Of a stretch of DNA of 64,000 nucleotides, positions 47,085 through 59,042 are shown piece by piece. This DNA is from Candidatus Heimdallarchaeota archaeon. Its GTDB lineage: Archaea > Asgardarchaeota > Heimdallarchaeia > JABLTI01. The stretch covers positions 64,001 through 128,000 of the forward strand of contig JAHLVW010000094.1 of NCBI GenBank assembly GCA_019058275.1, read 5' to 3'. Within the stretch, counting starts at the first letter, position 1, and every line of letters starts with the position of its first letter. Made by a program: the position numbers and the translations under genes. The notes below the pieces were generated by a model that saw only the letters and a program-made list of their open reading frames with translations, was not told the origin of the DNA and ran no database searches.

Positions 47085-49718
47085 TTATTTTAGATTGAAG
47101 ATTTTATCATAAGTGCTTTTCTTGAAACGTTCTTTAGCAACCACTAGATAAGAGATAGCTGTTTCATCTTTAAGAATTGTATAAGCAATTCCTAATGTTG
47201 CACTTTCCAATCTTAATAATATAACAACAGAAGACTTCTCAGGGATAACTGAGTTAATTTCCCAACCAATACCTTCTAGTTGCTTGATTATGCCAGGGAT
47301 TATGTCTTCAACCGGTCTATTGACAACACCTGATCTTTGATGCTTATCAAACCGAGTTGATTTTGAACCATCAAAAAGAAACATGTTATGTCCATATTCC
47401 AGTTTTCTTTCTAGCGTACTTAGAACCATTTTCTCTGGGAATTTGCTTGGTTCTGGTATTGGAAAGTCCATTTTTGCAGTAGATTTTCTGGGCTTAGTAT
47501 CCCTAGGTTTTGGTTTATCAAGTAGAGGTTCAGGAATTAGTGGTTGAGTATCTTTCTTTCCTTCTACTCTTGGGCTTTTAATTTTTGATTCAATTAGAAC
47601 ATCTCTTTTGTCAAGTGAAGGTGCTTCAGCTTGCTTATGGTCACGCATTTTTTCTCTCAAGGATTTTGGTACAGCTTCACGTCCAGCATGTAACGAAGTT
47701 CTTGGTCTAACTTTCATTATAAAACTTCTATTCTGTGTTTTTTGATCAGAGAATAGTCCTACACCTGTTGGCATACTTCGAACAAAATCTGAATCCTCAA
47801 ATTTCTCAGGAACAGATGAAGGTACTCGTTTAAGGAACGCTTTAATGTCATCCTCAAATGTCAATAAATGGGTAACCATCAAATCAATTTGACTCATTAT
47901 GTCTTTATGCATCGCAGATGGTTGTTGAGTTACTAATACTAACGCACACCCAGGTTTCCGACCTTGTTTTGCATATTCAATAAGCGGATCCGATGCTACT
48001 GTCTTTCTATTATGAGGTACTAGAACATGTGCTTCGTCTATTAATAGCCAGGTAATTGGTATTGCACCATCGTCTTCACCAGACTCTTCGAAGATTTCAC
48101 CTCGAGAGCTTTTTATTCTAGCTTCAAGTATCTTTCGAGCAATGATACCTACCAGTAAAGCTCGTAAGCTATCACCTATTTTTGGATTGCTAATGTCTAA
48201 AACAGAGATTTTATTTGGCGAGCTTAAACGTGATAATGGAGTTCCAGTTCCGGAGAATATTCCCCAACCCTTTGCAGCATTCATTCTAGATCTTATAGCT
48301 TGAATAGAATCACTTCGATAGGTATTAACAATTGAGGGATCATCTAAAGCAGAAATTATATCATCAATGGAATAATCAGGATTTTCCCTCGAGACAATTT
48401 GCATCGCTTTTTCAAGAACAGTTCCTCTAATTTCATACCTATCAATGTCAAATGTTTTACACCAATCTTCAATATACAAATCAGATGGTTTTAGAGCAAA
48501 AGGAGAATCTATAGTATCATCTCGGTAATCTCCATAAATGCCAATTGGAGTGAAAACTTCAATATTCTTGATATGATCAGGTTTTAATCCCCATTGTTCA
48601 AGGAGAACATTTTCACCTTTGTCAGTATTTTCATTCTTTAAAGCCCAAAAGATACCTATAGGATCTATGAGAATAATACCGAGACCTAAATTCGCTTTAG
48701 CTAATTCCTCTGCAATAACACCTAAAGTATAGCTTTTACCAGAACCTCTGTGTCCTGAAATAAAGAAGACATGTGGAAAAACAGCGTCTACTAAAACTTT
48801 CTTACCATAGTTACCATGTTTACCTTTTTCAGTCACTCTACCCAAATACATGGTTCCTTGACAACCAAGTTTTTTGATGGTTGAACCACCTCGTCCCAAA
48901 ATAATGGCATCTTCAGTTGGAGCATCTCTGCATTGCATTGGGAGATCCACTTCAGGTGAGAAATCCATAGCATTAGAAACTTCATCGATATTTCTTTGGA
49001 TATTTTCCAAAACGTTTTCATTACGCATAAATCCTAAAACGAATAACAAATCAATAGGTTGATCGCATTGATAGATTTCAGTAGCTAATTGTTTTCTCAT
49101 TTCAAAATTACGAGGACCAAAATCCGGATCATACATAGATTTAATCCAAATAACCTTATCAAGATAAGCTGCTGGCTTGTCAGAACCAGACATTTCCTTA
49201 GCTAAATCAATAATATTGCTTGGTAGTTCAAATTCTCTATTGGTCATTATGTAAGCAGTAGCATAAGGCCAGAGTTTTTCCTCTTTGGGTAATGAATCTA
49301 ACAACTCATAGATCTTGTCCTTTAAATCGCTTTTATCAATAGAAATACTGTAAGCAAGTAATAAAGCACATATCCTATCATCAGGATCGGGCCATTTATC
49401 TTGAAGCTCAATAATACGATTAACTTGAGCCTCATCAATTACTACGGATCCTTCTCGATGTAGGAAATATAACAATTTTAATTCATCTTCTTCTGGAACA
49501 TAACTTTCTTTTGTCAAGATATCCCTTAAAATCTCTTTACCGTATTTTCGAGCATTAGTTGCATATTGTTTGTGATCTGTAATCTCATACGCTAACATAT
49601 TTGCTCTTGCCAACAGTGCTCGTTCATGAGGTTCCAAAAGGGAACTATTCAAATCAGCTAGATTTTCGAGTACTGTTGGTAAATAATGGCAGGGAGATCG
49701 CCCAAATTCATACTTCAT
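47085..49718 (-). CDS. HerA/DUF87-family P-loop ATPase with a long N-terminal helical domain
   Basis: PHVFFISGHRGSGKSY, LIDPIG, LLIDEAH, QGRKPG and TQQPS motifs; start ATG 49718 after GGTGA. Confidence 0.85.
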   Translation of the reverse strand: MKYEFGRSPCHYLPTVLENLADLNSSLLEPHERALLARANMLAYEITDHKQYATNARKYGKEILRDILTKESYVPEEDELKLLYFLHREGSVVIDEAQVNRIIELQDKWPDPDDRICALLLAYSISIDKSDLKDKIYELLDSLPKEEKLWPYATAYIMTNREFELPSNIIDLAKEMSGSDKPAAYLDKVIWIKSMYDPDFGPRNFEMRKQLATEIYQCDQPIDLLFVLGFMRNENVLENIQRNIDEVSNAMDFSPEVDLPMQCRDAPTEDAIILGRGGSTIKKLGCQGTMYLGRVTEKGKHGNYGKKVLVDAVFPHVFFISGHRGSGKSYTLGVIAEELAKANLGLGIILIDPIGIFWALKNENTDKGENVLLEQWGLKPDHIKNIEVFTPIGIYGDYRDDTIDSPFALKPSDLYIEDWCKTFDIDRYEIRGTVLEKAMQIVSRENPDYSIDDIISALDDPSIVNTYRSDSIQAIRSRMNAAKGWGIFSGTGTPLSRLSSPNKISVLDISNPKIGDSLRALLVGIIARKILEARIKSSRGEIFEESGEDDGAIPITWLLIDEAHVLVPHNRKTVASDPLIEYAKQGRKPGCALVLVTQQPSAMHKDIMSQIDLMVTHLLTFEDDIKAFLKRVPSSVPEKFEDSDFVRSMPTGVGLFSDQKTQNRSFIMKVRPRTSLHAGREAVPKSLREKMRDHKQAEAPSLDKRDVLIESKIKSPRVEGKKDTQPLIPEPLLDKPKPRDTKPRKSTAKMDFPIPEPSKFPEKMVLSTLERKLEYGHNMFLFDGSKSTRFDKHQRSGVVNRPVEDIIPGIIKQLEGIGWEINSVIPEKSSVVILLRLESATLGIAYTILKDETAISYLVVAKERFKKSTYDKIFNLK

Positions 49719-50021
49719 TTCTTTCACCATATGTATACAAATGTGTAATATACTTACAATATTTTTGCACAATCTGTAATAATAACATTTGGAAATGTTT
49801 TTTCAAACATCTTCTGTAATTGTTTCTCTCACTTATTACTATTTAAAGTTGTTAAATTAATTTTCTGGAAAAAGTAATTGTAAATGTCAGTATCGCAACT
49901 TATAAAACAACTCTAAATTAGTCTATTACGTATAACACTTCAAGTAATATGAAATTACATACAATGATACTTTGATTACTACGGAGATATCAAAGGGTAC
50001 GAAAATAGGTTGTTGATTTAG

Positions 50022-53000
50022 TTGGTCTCGCAAATCATAATATCCCATGAGGACAGTACAAGTTTTTTTTCAATAGGTTCTGTTCAAGATGATGCATCGT
50101 TGGTTTCAGCTCTAGGTGGTGCCTTAGCTAGCTTTGCAATAGAAATGGGGCTTTCCGATACCGGCACAACACAAGCGAATTATTCAAGATTTCAGAATGG
50201 TATTTTGATTTCAAAATGGTTGGAAATTGATAACCATCGACCATCTCTAATGATAGCACTTAGAGGTTTTGAAAATATAGCTCAATACCAGCAAATGTTT
50301 TTGATAGATTATGGTACTTTGATAACAAAAAAAATCATTACTACTTATGAAAAGATGTATGTAGGCGATGGTGAAATTCCTAAATTTGATGAAGCTATCA
50401 AATTACTCCCATCTATAGCTCATGAGTTACAAAAAGATTCTCCAAGTACACTAAAAGAGTTCAAATCAAAAATAGATGAGTCGTCCTCAAAATTACTAGA
50501 TGACATATGGGAGAATCAAGATGATAAGGGATTACATCCATTCAAATTTAGATCTCAATCTTATAGCGTCTCAAAATTAGAACAAATTAAAGATGAATTT
50601 ACAAATTACTTCTATCGTGAAGGTACAAACCAAGATGCTCTTTTCCCATTAGGGTTTGCTGGTTCTTCAGATATGAGTCAAGTAAAGAAATTCGCAAATG
50701 GTTACCTAAAAAGGAAATCAAATTCATCACGTACTGAAATATCTAATGAGATAACTAAAATTGTCAACCAATTGCAACTTATGTCTAGTTTACGTTCAAA
50801 AAGAGGAAAACAAGTTATTGAAACTGTTGATCTCATTAATGCTGATGTAATTTTCGAAAAGCTTTCTGTTGCCAAAATTACTACTGTCGATAAAATCAGA
50901 TCAAAGATTTTAAATGAATTGTATGCAACTTTATTACAAAAACTATACCAAAAATATCCTTTGAAATTCCTTTCAAATTCAAATAATCCTATTGATCTTA
51001 ATTTTATCAGCAAAAGTTTTGAAAAATCTGTACAATCACTTTTGAATAGTTCCTTTTCCGACTCTGTTAGAATAACAAAACAATTTGCAACAATTCTACG
51101 AGATACTACTGCTGATTTTACTCCAGAAGAAGCTATTAATCAAAGAGAAAAAATTCTCAAAGAAGTTGAAAAACGGTATATTAGAAAAGTAATACAAGAA
51201 GATCCTTTCATCATAATTGCTGATTCACAGCTAAAGAGGTTAAAAAAAGTAGCAAATAAATTTGCAAAAGAATCATTTCAGCAATATAGAACAGCTCATG
51301 ATGAAGCAATGGCTTTATGGTATATTATTAGACAAATTAATACCTCTATAGCAAAGATGAAATCAACAACAATAACAAACCAAATGAAGATTCATCTCTT
51401 ACAAGAGCTAGTTAGAAAGTATCAATTTAGAACTGTTCCAAAAATAATTTATGACCTAACAAAAGGTATTCTCATCAATTTAGTTTCATCTTCTTCAACT
51501 AAGGATCCAATCAATTCATTAATTCAAAGAAATTTAAACACTTTTGAAAATGAATCAGCTATTAGAATTCCAGATGAATAAAGAAAATTATCTTTAGAAA
51601 ACTCAAAGTTGTTAAGGTTTCAAAAAGCTTTGAAAATATAGAAGAGCTTTCGTATTTTTCTAGAGCATTTACTCTATCATTAGAGTCCACAATAGTAAAA
51701 ATACTTGAGCTGTTTTTTGGAACTAAGAACTACCCTCAACCCCCTGAATTATTATCAGATTCAATTGAAGCAATAATCCTATCATCACAGAGTCTATACT
51801 CATTAGCTAGAGTAATTCAAGCAATAATTTCCCAATCTGGTGCTAAAGGATTATTCAGAAAAGAAACTGTAAATATTCTGCAAAGCACTAAGAAGTTTAA
51901 ATCCGTTATTCCTAGTCCACTAGAACTCGCTAGAATTGCTTTAGAAAAAGGTTGGATGGTTGAATCTACGAATGTAAAAAGAGAATATTCGAAAATCACT
52001 GATGGCCAGCTTTTAGCTAAAATAATTACAATTCCAAAGTTGGAATTATCAGGACGCATATCCAGCTTGGTAAAAGATCCCATTATTGTTATTGAATTGT
52101 ATGTGTTATTCACAGAAATAGCTCTTATGAATAGATATTCAGCTCTTAAAGTAGAACTAAACAATCAAAAGAAAAGGTTGAGAACAGCAAATTCTCCATC
52201 TGGAAAGAAGAAAATAGCAAATAGAATTAAGAAAATAAAAACCATTATGCGATCTTTTGAACAAATTCTCTCTGGAGGGAACTTCATTCAAAAATTATTT
52301 TTGAGAAAGAAGGATTTACCAAAAATAGTGTCAGATGCAGCAAAAGAAAGATATCCTAAACTAAATTACTATCCTGATAATTTTAAAATTGATGGAGAGA
52401 ATAGTATGGTTTTTGGTGAAAACATCACCGTAAACATGGATCCAATGTTCGGTAGCTACCAGAAACTCTTAGAGGTTTTCGCATCAACCTGGGTAAAAGA
52501 CTCAGAGTATATAAAGAAATTAAAAGAAGAAATTCTTTGGAGAATTTTAGAGAAAAACTCAAAAAACCAACCATTAGAGCGAAAAATAATTGGTAACCTA
52601 CAACAGGCTGCTCAACAAGGTGAAAGGGTAGATCAAGAAACCATTGTTAGAACAACTATAGAGCAAGAAGTTTCACTAATGTTCAACAAGGCAATTCGGG
52701 AATCGATTTCCTTAGCATTTAATTCAATAAAAGATGATCTAATTGTAAAGATAGACTTGAGAACAAGAGAATTTTATATCTCAATTGAAACCATCGATTT
52801 GGATAAGCAATATTTACAATCAGTATTTGATAAATTGGCCTATACAAAATATATGAAGAAAGCTGATGATAAAACAGAAATTAGATTGAATATATCAGAA
52901 TTGCTTCCATTGATTAGCTCTCGAAAGAAGAAAAATCAAGCTATTAGAGCTTTCTTGAGAGATGGTATAAAGGAAAATTTGAGATCAAGACATTTGAAAT

Positions 53001-53113
53001 CACTAAATGCTTTAGGAGAATTAATAGAACTATATATTGGAGATCAAGCTGGAGATTTATTTTTTAAGAAGAGTCGAATTTTGGAACAACTCGTACTCGA
53101 ATCTATAGACTAA
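50022..53113 (+). CDS. ~1030-aa protein with an N-terminal longin-like domain; split by a -1 frameshift at ~51576-51581; paralog of 55911..59021
   Basis: DASLVSALGGALASFAIEMG longin-type helix. The -1 frame after IPDE continues IKKIIFRK...FENIEELSYF...PSPLELARIA, colinear with the paralog. Confidence 0.75.
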
Positions 53114-53247
53114 AGTTGAATTTACTCTAAAGAAAACAAAGAGTAAGATATTACTATCATTAAAATAATTATCTAGTCAATGAAAATAGTCTTATTAAAC
53201 ATAGTTTATACATCGAATTACTAGTTAAAATTTCTAGAGGAACTAAA

Positions 53248-54534
53248 ATGAAAAGTTTAATTATAGATGCCCAAATTGCTGGTGCATCAGGTGACATGTT
53301 TCTAAGTGCTCTACTTGACCTGGTTTATTCCGATGATAAAAAGAAAATAGATGCTGATAAGAAACGTAAGAACCTTTTATTGGATATAGCTACCAAAATC
53401 ACCCTTGCTGAAGACTTGAAGGAAAAAGCAAGTTTAGACATTGATTTGATAAGAAAGAATGTAGCTGCACTTGAAGGGATTAATTTAAAAATAACTTTAA
53501 AAGAACCAAATAGACACCTAAAAGTTCCACAAGCTCATAAAATATTAGAAAATATCTTCAAACAAATGAAACTTTCTGATAAAGCTCAAGAATTTAGCAA
53601 AAGAGCTTTAGACATTTTATTTGATGCTGAATCTAAAGTCCATGGAGAATCATTAGAGAATGTACATTTACATGAAGCTGGCTCTTTAGATACTTTCTTA
53701 GATATCATTGGATCAGCATATTTATTGGACCAATTAGAACTATTTGATGCGAAAATTTTTCTACTCCCTGTTGCACTGGGCTCTGGTACTGTTACATTTT
53801 CACATGGAACTCTACCTGTTCCTGCACCTGCTGTTACTGAAATAGTTAAACAATATAAAATTCCCGTTCACAGTGGAACCTTAAAAGGTGAACTGCTCAC
53901 ACCAACAGGTGCAATACTAATTGCTTCTCTTCTAGAAATTTCAAAAGGATTAGCAGTTAAAGAATGTCCATACATCACTATTAATCATATTGGAATTGGT
54001 TTTGGTAATAGGGAATATGAAAAAACACCAAATGCTTTGCGTTTGATTTTAGGCAAAGAACTAGAAGAAAAACTTCTGCAAGAGGAGATTGCTATTATTG
54101 AAACAAATATTGATGATTGCTCAGGAGAAACCATAGGATTCCTAAGTCAAAGGCTATTAGATATGGGTGCTAAAGATGTTTATTTGACACCAATATATAT
54201 GAAGAAAGGAAGACCTGGAACAAAAATTTCTGTTCTCTGCAATGTTGATGAAACTAAGCTCTTTTCAACTGAAATAATGAATCAAACAAGTACAATTGGC
54301 GTTAGAATAATCAACAGCACAAAAATCATGTTTAAAAGAGAAATTAAACAATTCAAAGTGGAAATTAAAGGAAAAACATTTACTGTTAGGGGAAAGATAG
54401 CTTACAATACTAAGGGTGAAGTTGCACATTTTAAACCTGAATTTGATGATGTTAAAATAATCATTGAAGAAACTGGTTTAACAAGTAATGAAGTAGTTTC
54501 CATTACTAGAAGAGAAATAGCTAAGAAATTATAA
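53248..54534 (+). CDS. larC: Nickel-pincer cofactor Ni-insertase LarC
   Basis: GASGDMFLSAL, AESKVHG, VHLHEAG, HGTLPVPAPA, ELLTPTG, ETNIDD, MKKGRPG and KPEFDD motifs. Confidence 0.93.
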   Translation: MKSLIIDAQIAGASGDMFLSALLDLVYSDDKKKIDADKKRKNLLLDIATKITLAEDLKEKASLDIDLIRKNVAALEGINLKITLKEPNRHLKVPQAHKILENIFKQMKLSDKAQEFSKRALDILFDAESKVHGESLENVHLHEAGSLDTFLDIIGSAYLLDQLELFDAKIFLLPVALGSGTVTFSHGTLPVPAPAVTEIVKQYKIPVHSGTLKGELLTPTGAILIASLLEISKGLAVKECPYITINHIGIGFGNREYEKTPNALRLILGKELEEKLLQEEIAIIETNIDDCSGETIGFLSQRLLDMGAKDVYLTPIYMKKGRPGTKISVLCNVDETKLFSTEIMNQTSTIGVRIINSTKIMFKREIKQFKVEIKGKTFTVRGKIAYNTKGEVAHFKPEFDDVKIIIEETGLTSNEVVSITRREIAKKL

Positions 54535-54559
54535 ACTTACGTGTTTGGAGTCATACTTC

Positions 54560-55594
54560 TTAAGTACTTTTCTTAGGAACAAGCTCCAACATACAATAGC
54601 GATCTCTTTTTCCTGCATGATAGAGCTCTTTAATCTTTATGGGAATGCTAAAAATCTCACTTAATAATCCAACCCACATACCACGGATGAAGGTACATCT
54701 ATTAACAAATTTCTTATCAGCACAGAATAAACGACATTCATAATATATCAAGTAATTAATTGCATGTCGATCCCTAAGTGTAGTTTGTAATCTACTAATT
54801 AAAGAACCTGATATTTTAGTAGAAAGGATTTTAACAACAAATTCACCTAGAATTTCGGACATGTTTAAGATTTCATTTTCCTCTTCATTTTCAGTAAGCT
54901 TCATAATAATCAATGATAGATTTTCCATGGTTGGATTTTTTAGTGCTTCTTTAACAAAATCACTTTCATCAGTAACATTAGCGACATATGATTCTGTAAC
55001 AACTTTCCATATAGTTTCGAATAGAATCACAGAAGGAACATCTTTTGTAAAAATTGGATTAAACATAGAATCAATTGTCAATGTCTCATGTATTGATCTA
55101 TCAGCAACTTCAAAAGGAACAGCGCTAGGTTTATCTAAAACAGTATCTGCTTGGATCTTTTTTCTAGTTAAGGTGATATTATAATAGCTTGAAGAGCTTA
55201 ATGAAAGCTCTACTTTTGCTGACACTGGTGATTTGAAAATGTAACTTCCAATTCCCTCAAAAAGTGCTTGTATAACTAGTAAAGCTCCTTTGGAATCAGC
55301 TATTTCATTAACAATAAACCTATTTTTGCCTAGGTTAATATTGCCATTTCCTCGTTCAAGATTGATATCCATTCCTATACTTTTCCAACCTAGTGTTTCA
55401 AGTAACTCTCTCGATGCTTCTTTGACATCTCTAGTATCTTCTTCTCTCAAAGTTTTTTCGCTAATGAATTTCCCTACTTTAGAAACAAATTGCTCACAAT
55501 GAGCCTTATTATCAACTACCAAATCCGCAGATTGTATTAATGAATAGAATATTGTTCGAATCATACGTTGTTCTTTTATGATATCCAGAGCCAT
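54560..55594 (-). CDS. Tandem V4R/TRAPP(Bet3)-like domain protein
   Basis: N-domain VGKFI...LETLGW...ALFEGIGSYIF; C-domain ECRLFC...CTFIRGMWVGLLSEIF...ELYH...RYC (V4R-type Cys/His). Confidence 0.65.
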   Translation of the reverse strand: MALDIIKEQRMIRTIFYSLIQSADLVVDNKAHCEQFVSKVGKFISEKTLREEDTRDVKEASRELLETLGWKSIGMDINLERGNGNINLGKNRFIVNEIADSKGALLVIQALFEGIGSYIFKSPVSAKVELSLSSSSYYNITLTRKKIQADTVLDKPSAVPFEVADRSIHETLTIDSMFNPIFTKDVPSVILFETIWKVVTESYVANVTDESDFVKEALKNPTMENLSLIIMKLTENEEENEILNMSEILGEFVVKILSTKISGSLISRLQTTLRDRHAINYLIYYECRLFCADKKFVNRCTFIRGMWVGLLSEIFSIPIKIKELYHAGKRDRYCMLELVPKKST

Positions 55595-55910
55595 GATAAT
55601 GTTTCCGATTTAATAATTTTTAATACGAATCAATCAGTGTTTTAGTTGTTACAATAACAAGGAATTTTATTGATAGAATCCTTTGATATGATAATATCTG
55701 TAAAACAACTCGTTAAAAAGCACTTTGATATCGACAAATCCGTTCAAATAATTTTTTGCCTTTTTTAAACCTTTAAATAGTATTATTGTATAATTCAAAA
55801 GTGTTTTAAAAGAAATGCTTTCTTAAATTCAACATATCTTCCCCATAATTACAACTATTTCCATTCATCTACAGTTTTACTGTGAGTATAATCACGATTG
55901 GTGTTAAAAT

Positions 55911-58900
55911 TTGGATGCTCAAATCATCATATCACGTGAGGATAATACTGACTTCCTCTCCATTGGCTTTATACAAACTGATACTTCATTAGTAAGTGCT
56001 TTAGGTGGCGCCTTAGCTAATTTTGCAGAAGAAATTGGTTTAGCAGGTGATCGAGCATCTGGAGAAAAATCAGAAACAAAAAAAGATGCGATTAATTTCT
56101 CTAGGTTTCAAAACGGCATACTTGTATCTAAAATCGTTCCAGTAAAGGAACATAATCCAATTATATTAATTGCTATCAAAGGTTTTGATGGAGAAGATCG
56201 AGAATTAGATTTCGTAGTTGATTATGCTTCTGAATTGGCCAAACAAATTGTAACGAAATTTGAAGCTGAGTATACAAGTATAGGAATTGTTCCTAGAATC
56301 GATGATTCTTTTGACATTGTATCAAATGTTGCTCATCAAATGTATCGTAAATCAAGTGATAAAGTAAGATTTTTTACTAAATCCTTGAAATCTAAAATAA
56401 CCTCTCTTCTAGATGATTTATGGGTTAATCAAATTGAATTCGAGCCATGGTCTCGCAATCAAACATCAAAGAAAATATCAACAATGTCTCAATCTGAGGT
56501 GCAAAAGGAGTTAGCTAAATACTTCTATATCCAAGGTATAAAGATGGATGGTTTCTTCCCATTAGTTTTCTCATCATCAAGCAATCCTCTTGGTGAGCTT
56601 ACTAAATTAATTGAGCATTTCCTTAATAAAAAAGCAGCTATAGCTAGAAAGGAAATTGTAAGTGAAATTACAAAAATCTATACTCAACTAAAGGATTCTT
56701 CACGTGCACTTTCTAAAAGAGGAACAATAGAAATTCCTGAGGTTGAACTCATAAATGAGAGTTTTATCTTCGAAAAGGTTCTTGTTACAAAAACTAATAA
56801 TCTTGAGAAAGTATCAGCTGATTTAATTAGCTCTACTAATAAAGAATTGTATAAAAAATTGTTTAGGAAATATCCACTAAAGTTTGTGGCTATGTCAAAA
56901 GATGTTGTTTTTGATAAATCTGAGCTAGATAGAATTGTTACAAAAGTTCTAGATAATATAATAAAAACTGAAATATCAGATCGGACCTGGCTAACTAAAA
57001 AAATAGCTTCTATTTTACGACAAGTCACTTCCAAATACACCCCAAATGATGTAATGAAGAAGAAAACACAAATCCTTGAGAAGGTCAATTCTGAATTTAT
57101 TGGCTCATTGAAAAAAGAACATCCATTTATTTTGTTAGCTGTTCCAAAATTATCACAATTAGCTAGTTATGTTAAAACTGAAGCTGCAAATTCATTAGAA
57201 CGATTCAAGACAACATTAGATGAAGCTGTAATTTTATATAATGTAATTGGAGAGATTCACTCATCTCTTTCAAACGAAAGATCACCATCAACACAGGATT
57301 TGATGATTCTCTATTTCTTACAATCAGTAATTCAACCATATCAATTCCGAGAAGTTTCAGGTATAGTTTACTCATTAATAACAGAATGTTTGGAAAAAAC
57401 TGCTTATGGTAAACGATATAAACCTGCAACGATAATACAAAATAATATATCAAAATTTGAAAGGAAATTAAACTTTCAATTGATACCTGAAACTAAGAGC
57501 TTAGTATTAAGAAGAATTTCAAGAGCTAAACCAACACAACAACGTTTTGAAACATTTGAAAACCTGTCGTATTTCTTCAAATCTTTCAGAGCTTCATTAG
57601 AACTAACAATTACAAGAATCTTGCAAACTATATTTGGACCTGAGAAATTACCAAATATACCTTCTGTGATAACAAACATTCGCAACCAGTTAGCTAGTGA
57701 TTTACAAAGTGTTTATGTTATAACTCAATTAATTGGAAAAATCACTAAAAGACCACATGCTCGAGAGCTTTACTCAAATGATAATTCAAAATTCCTAGAG
57801 AAGAACACAAAATTTAGACACATATTTCCATCACCTTTAGATCTTGCTCGAATAGCTTACAATACTGGTTGGATTAAACCAACTGAAAAGAAGAAAGAAC
57901 CCAAAATTCCTGACATTCAATTAAATGCATTAAAAGTCAAAATTCCTTCATTAAAACTTGAAGGTAAACTTTCAACATTACTTGAAAAACCAATTGTTCT
58001 AGAAAAATTATGGGTAAATTATTCCTTATTGGCTTTAGATAAGCGTCAAAAAGAGTTGAAAGTTTTAATATCCAAATATGAAAAGCAAGCTAAGGTTTCC
58101 GCTGGACAAACTAGCGGAAAGAAGAAGTACGGTTTAATAATTAAACGCCTAAAAGAATCTAATAGATGGTTAAGTAACATTGTCTCTGGTGGAGGGTTTA
58201 TGCGAAAGCTCTTCTCAGGAGGAAAAGAACTCACTCAAATTTTCCAAGATATTTCGCAAAACACATACCCAAGTTTTAAAGAACATCCAGAGACCTTTCA
58301 AAATGAGATTACTTTAAAAAATAGATCACTAAATGCTTCAATTCCAATTGATGGCGATTTTCAAGAACTAATGATGATTTATGCATCTCTTTGGGTTGCT
58401 GATTCTAAATATATTGAAAACATTGCTGATGAGCTATTTTGGGATGGTATCCTAAAATCGAATGGTATTAATCAATACAGTTCTCTACTTGATAAAAAGA
58501 TAAATCAAAACTTGAAAACTTCATACAAAAAAGACTCTATAAAGGACCAGAAAGCAGTAATTCGTAATGCTATTGTAGAAGAGGTAGTTCCAGCATTTAA
58601 CAAAATCGTTAGAACAACAATGGCAAGTTCATTCGATGTGCTAAAAGATAATCGAATTGTGAGTTTTGATGAAAAAACCAATGATTGGTATATATCTTTG
58701 GGTACTGTGAATATCCCTATTAATTCAATGAAACACATTTTCAGTACAATAGAAAATGTGAGTTTTGTTAAAAGTAGAGATGATTTAACAGAAGCTAGGC
58801 TTCTATTGAACAAATATTATTCACTTAAACGCTCAAAAGAATCTCAAACCCTTGAAGAATTCATTCGTAAAGCAGCTTACAATCACTTGAATAAGAGCGA

Positions 58901-59021
58901 AGTAAAAGCACTAGAATTTTTCAGTGAATTAAATGAGAAATATATTGGAAAATCAGCTGCTGATACATTTTATTCAAATATCAGATCGTTAGCTCAGATA
59001 ATCATAACACCAGTAGAATAA
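55911..59021 (+). CDS. 1036-aa protein with an N-terminal longin-like domain and a helical body
   Basis: DTSLVSALGGALANFAEEIG and SRFQNGILVSK; colinear similarity with 50022..53113 over its full length. Confidence 0.75.
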   Translation: MDAQIIISREDNTDFLSIGFIQTDTSLVSALGGALANFAEEIGLAGDRASGEKSETKKDAINFSRFQNGILVSKIVPVKEHNPIILIAIKGFDGEDRELDFVVDYASELAKQIVTKFEAEYTSIGIVPRIDDSFDIVSNVAHQMYRKSSDKVRFFTKSLKSKITSLLDDLWVNQIEFEPWSRNQTSKKISTMSQSEVQKELAKYFYIQGIKMDGFFPLVFSSSSNPLGELTKLIEHFLNKKAAIARKEIVSEITKIYTQLKDSSRALSKRGTIEIPEVELINESFIFEKVLVTKTNNLEKVSADLISSTNKELYKKLFRKYPLKFVAMSKDVVFDKSELDRIVTKVLDNIIKTEISDRTWLTKKIASILRQVTSKYTPNDVMKKKTQILEKVNSEFIGSLKKEHPFILLAVPKLSQLASYVKTEAANSLERFKTTLDEAVILYNVIGEIHSSLSNERSPSTQDLMILYFLQSVIQPYQFREVSGIVYSLITECLEKTAYGKRYKPATIIQNNISKFERKLNFQLIPETKSLVLRRISRAKPTQQRFETFENLSYFFKSFRASLELTITRILQTIFGPEKLPNIPSVITNIRNQLASDLQSVYVITQLIGKITKRPHARELYSNDNSKFLEKNTKFRHIFPSPLDLARIAYNTGWIKPTEKKKEPKIPDIQLNALKVKIPSLKLEGKLSTLLEKPIVLEKLWVNYSLLALDKRQKELKVLISKYEKQAKVSAGQTSGKKKYGLIIKRLKESNRWLSNIVSGGGFMRKLFSGGKELTQIFQDISQNTYPSFKEHPETFQNEITLKNRSLNASIPIDGDFQELMMIYASLWVADSKYIENIADELFWDGILKSNGINQYSSLLDKKINQNLKTSYKKDSIKDQKAVIRNAIVEEVVPAFNKIVRTTMASSFDVLKDNRIVSFDEKTNDWYISLGTVNIPINSMKHIFSTIENVSFVKSRDDLTEARLLLNKYYSLKRSKESQTLEEFIRKAAYNHLNKSEVKALEFFSELNEKYIGKSAADTFYSNIRSLAQIIITPVE

Positions 59022-59042
59022 AAAAAGAGAGTAAAAAACTCT

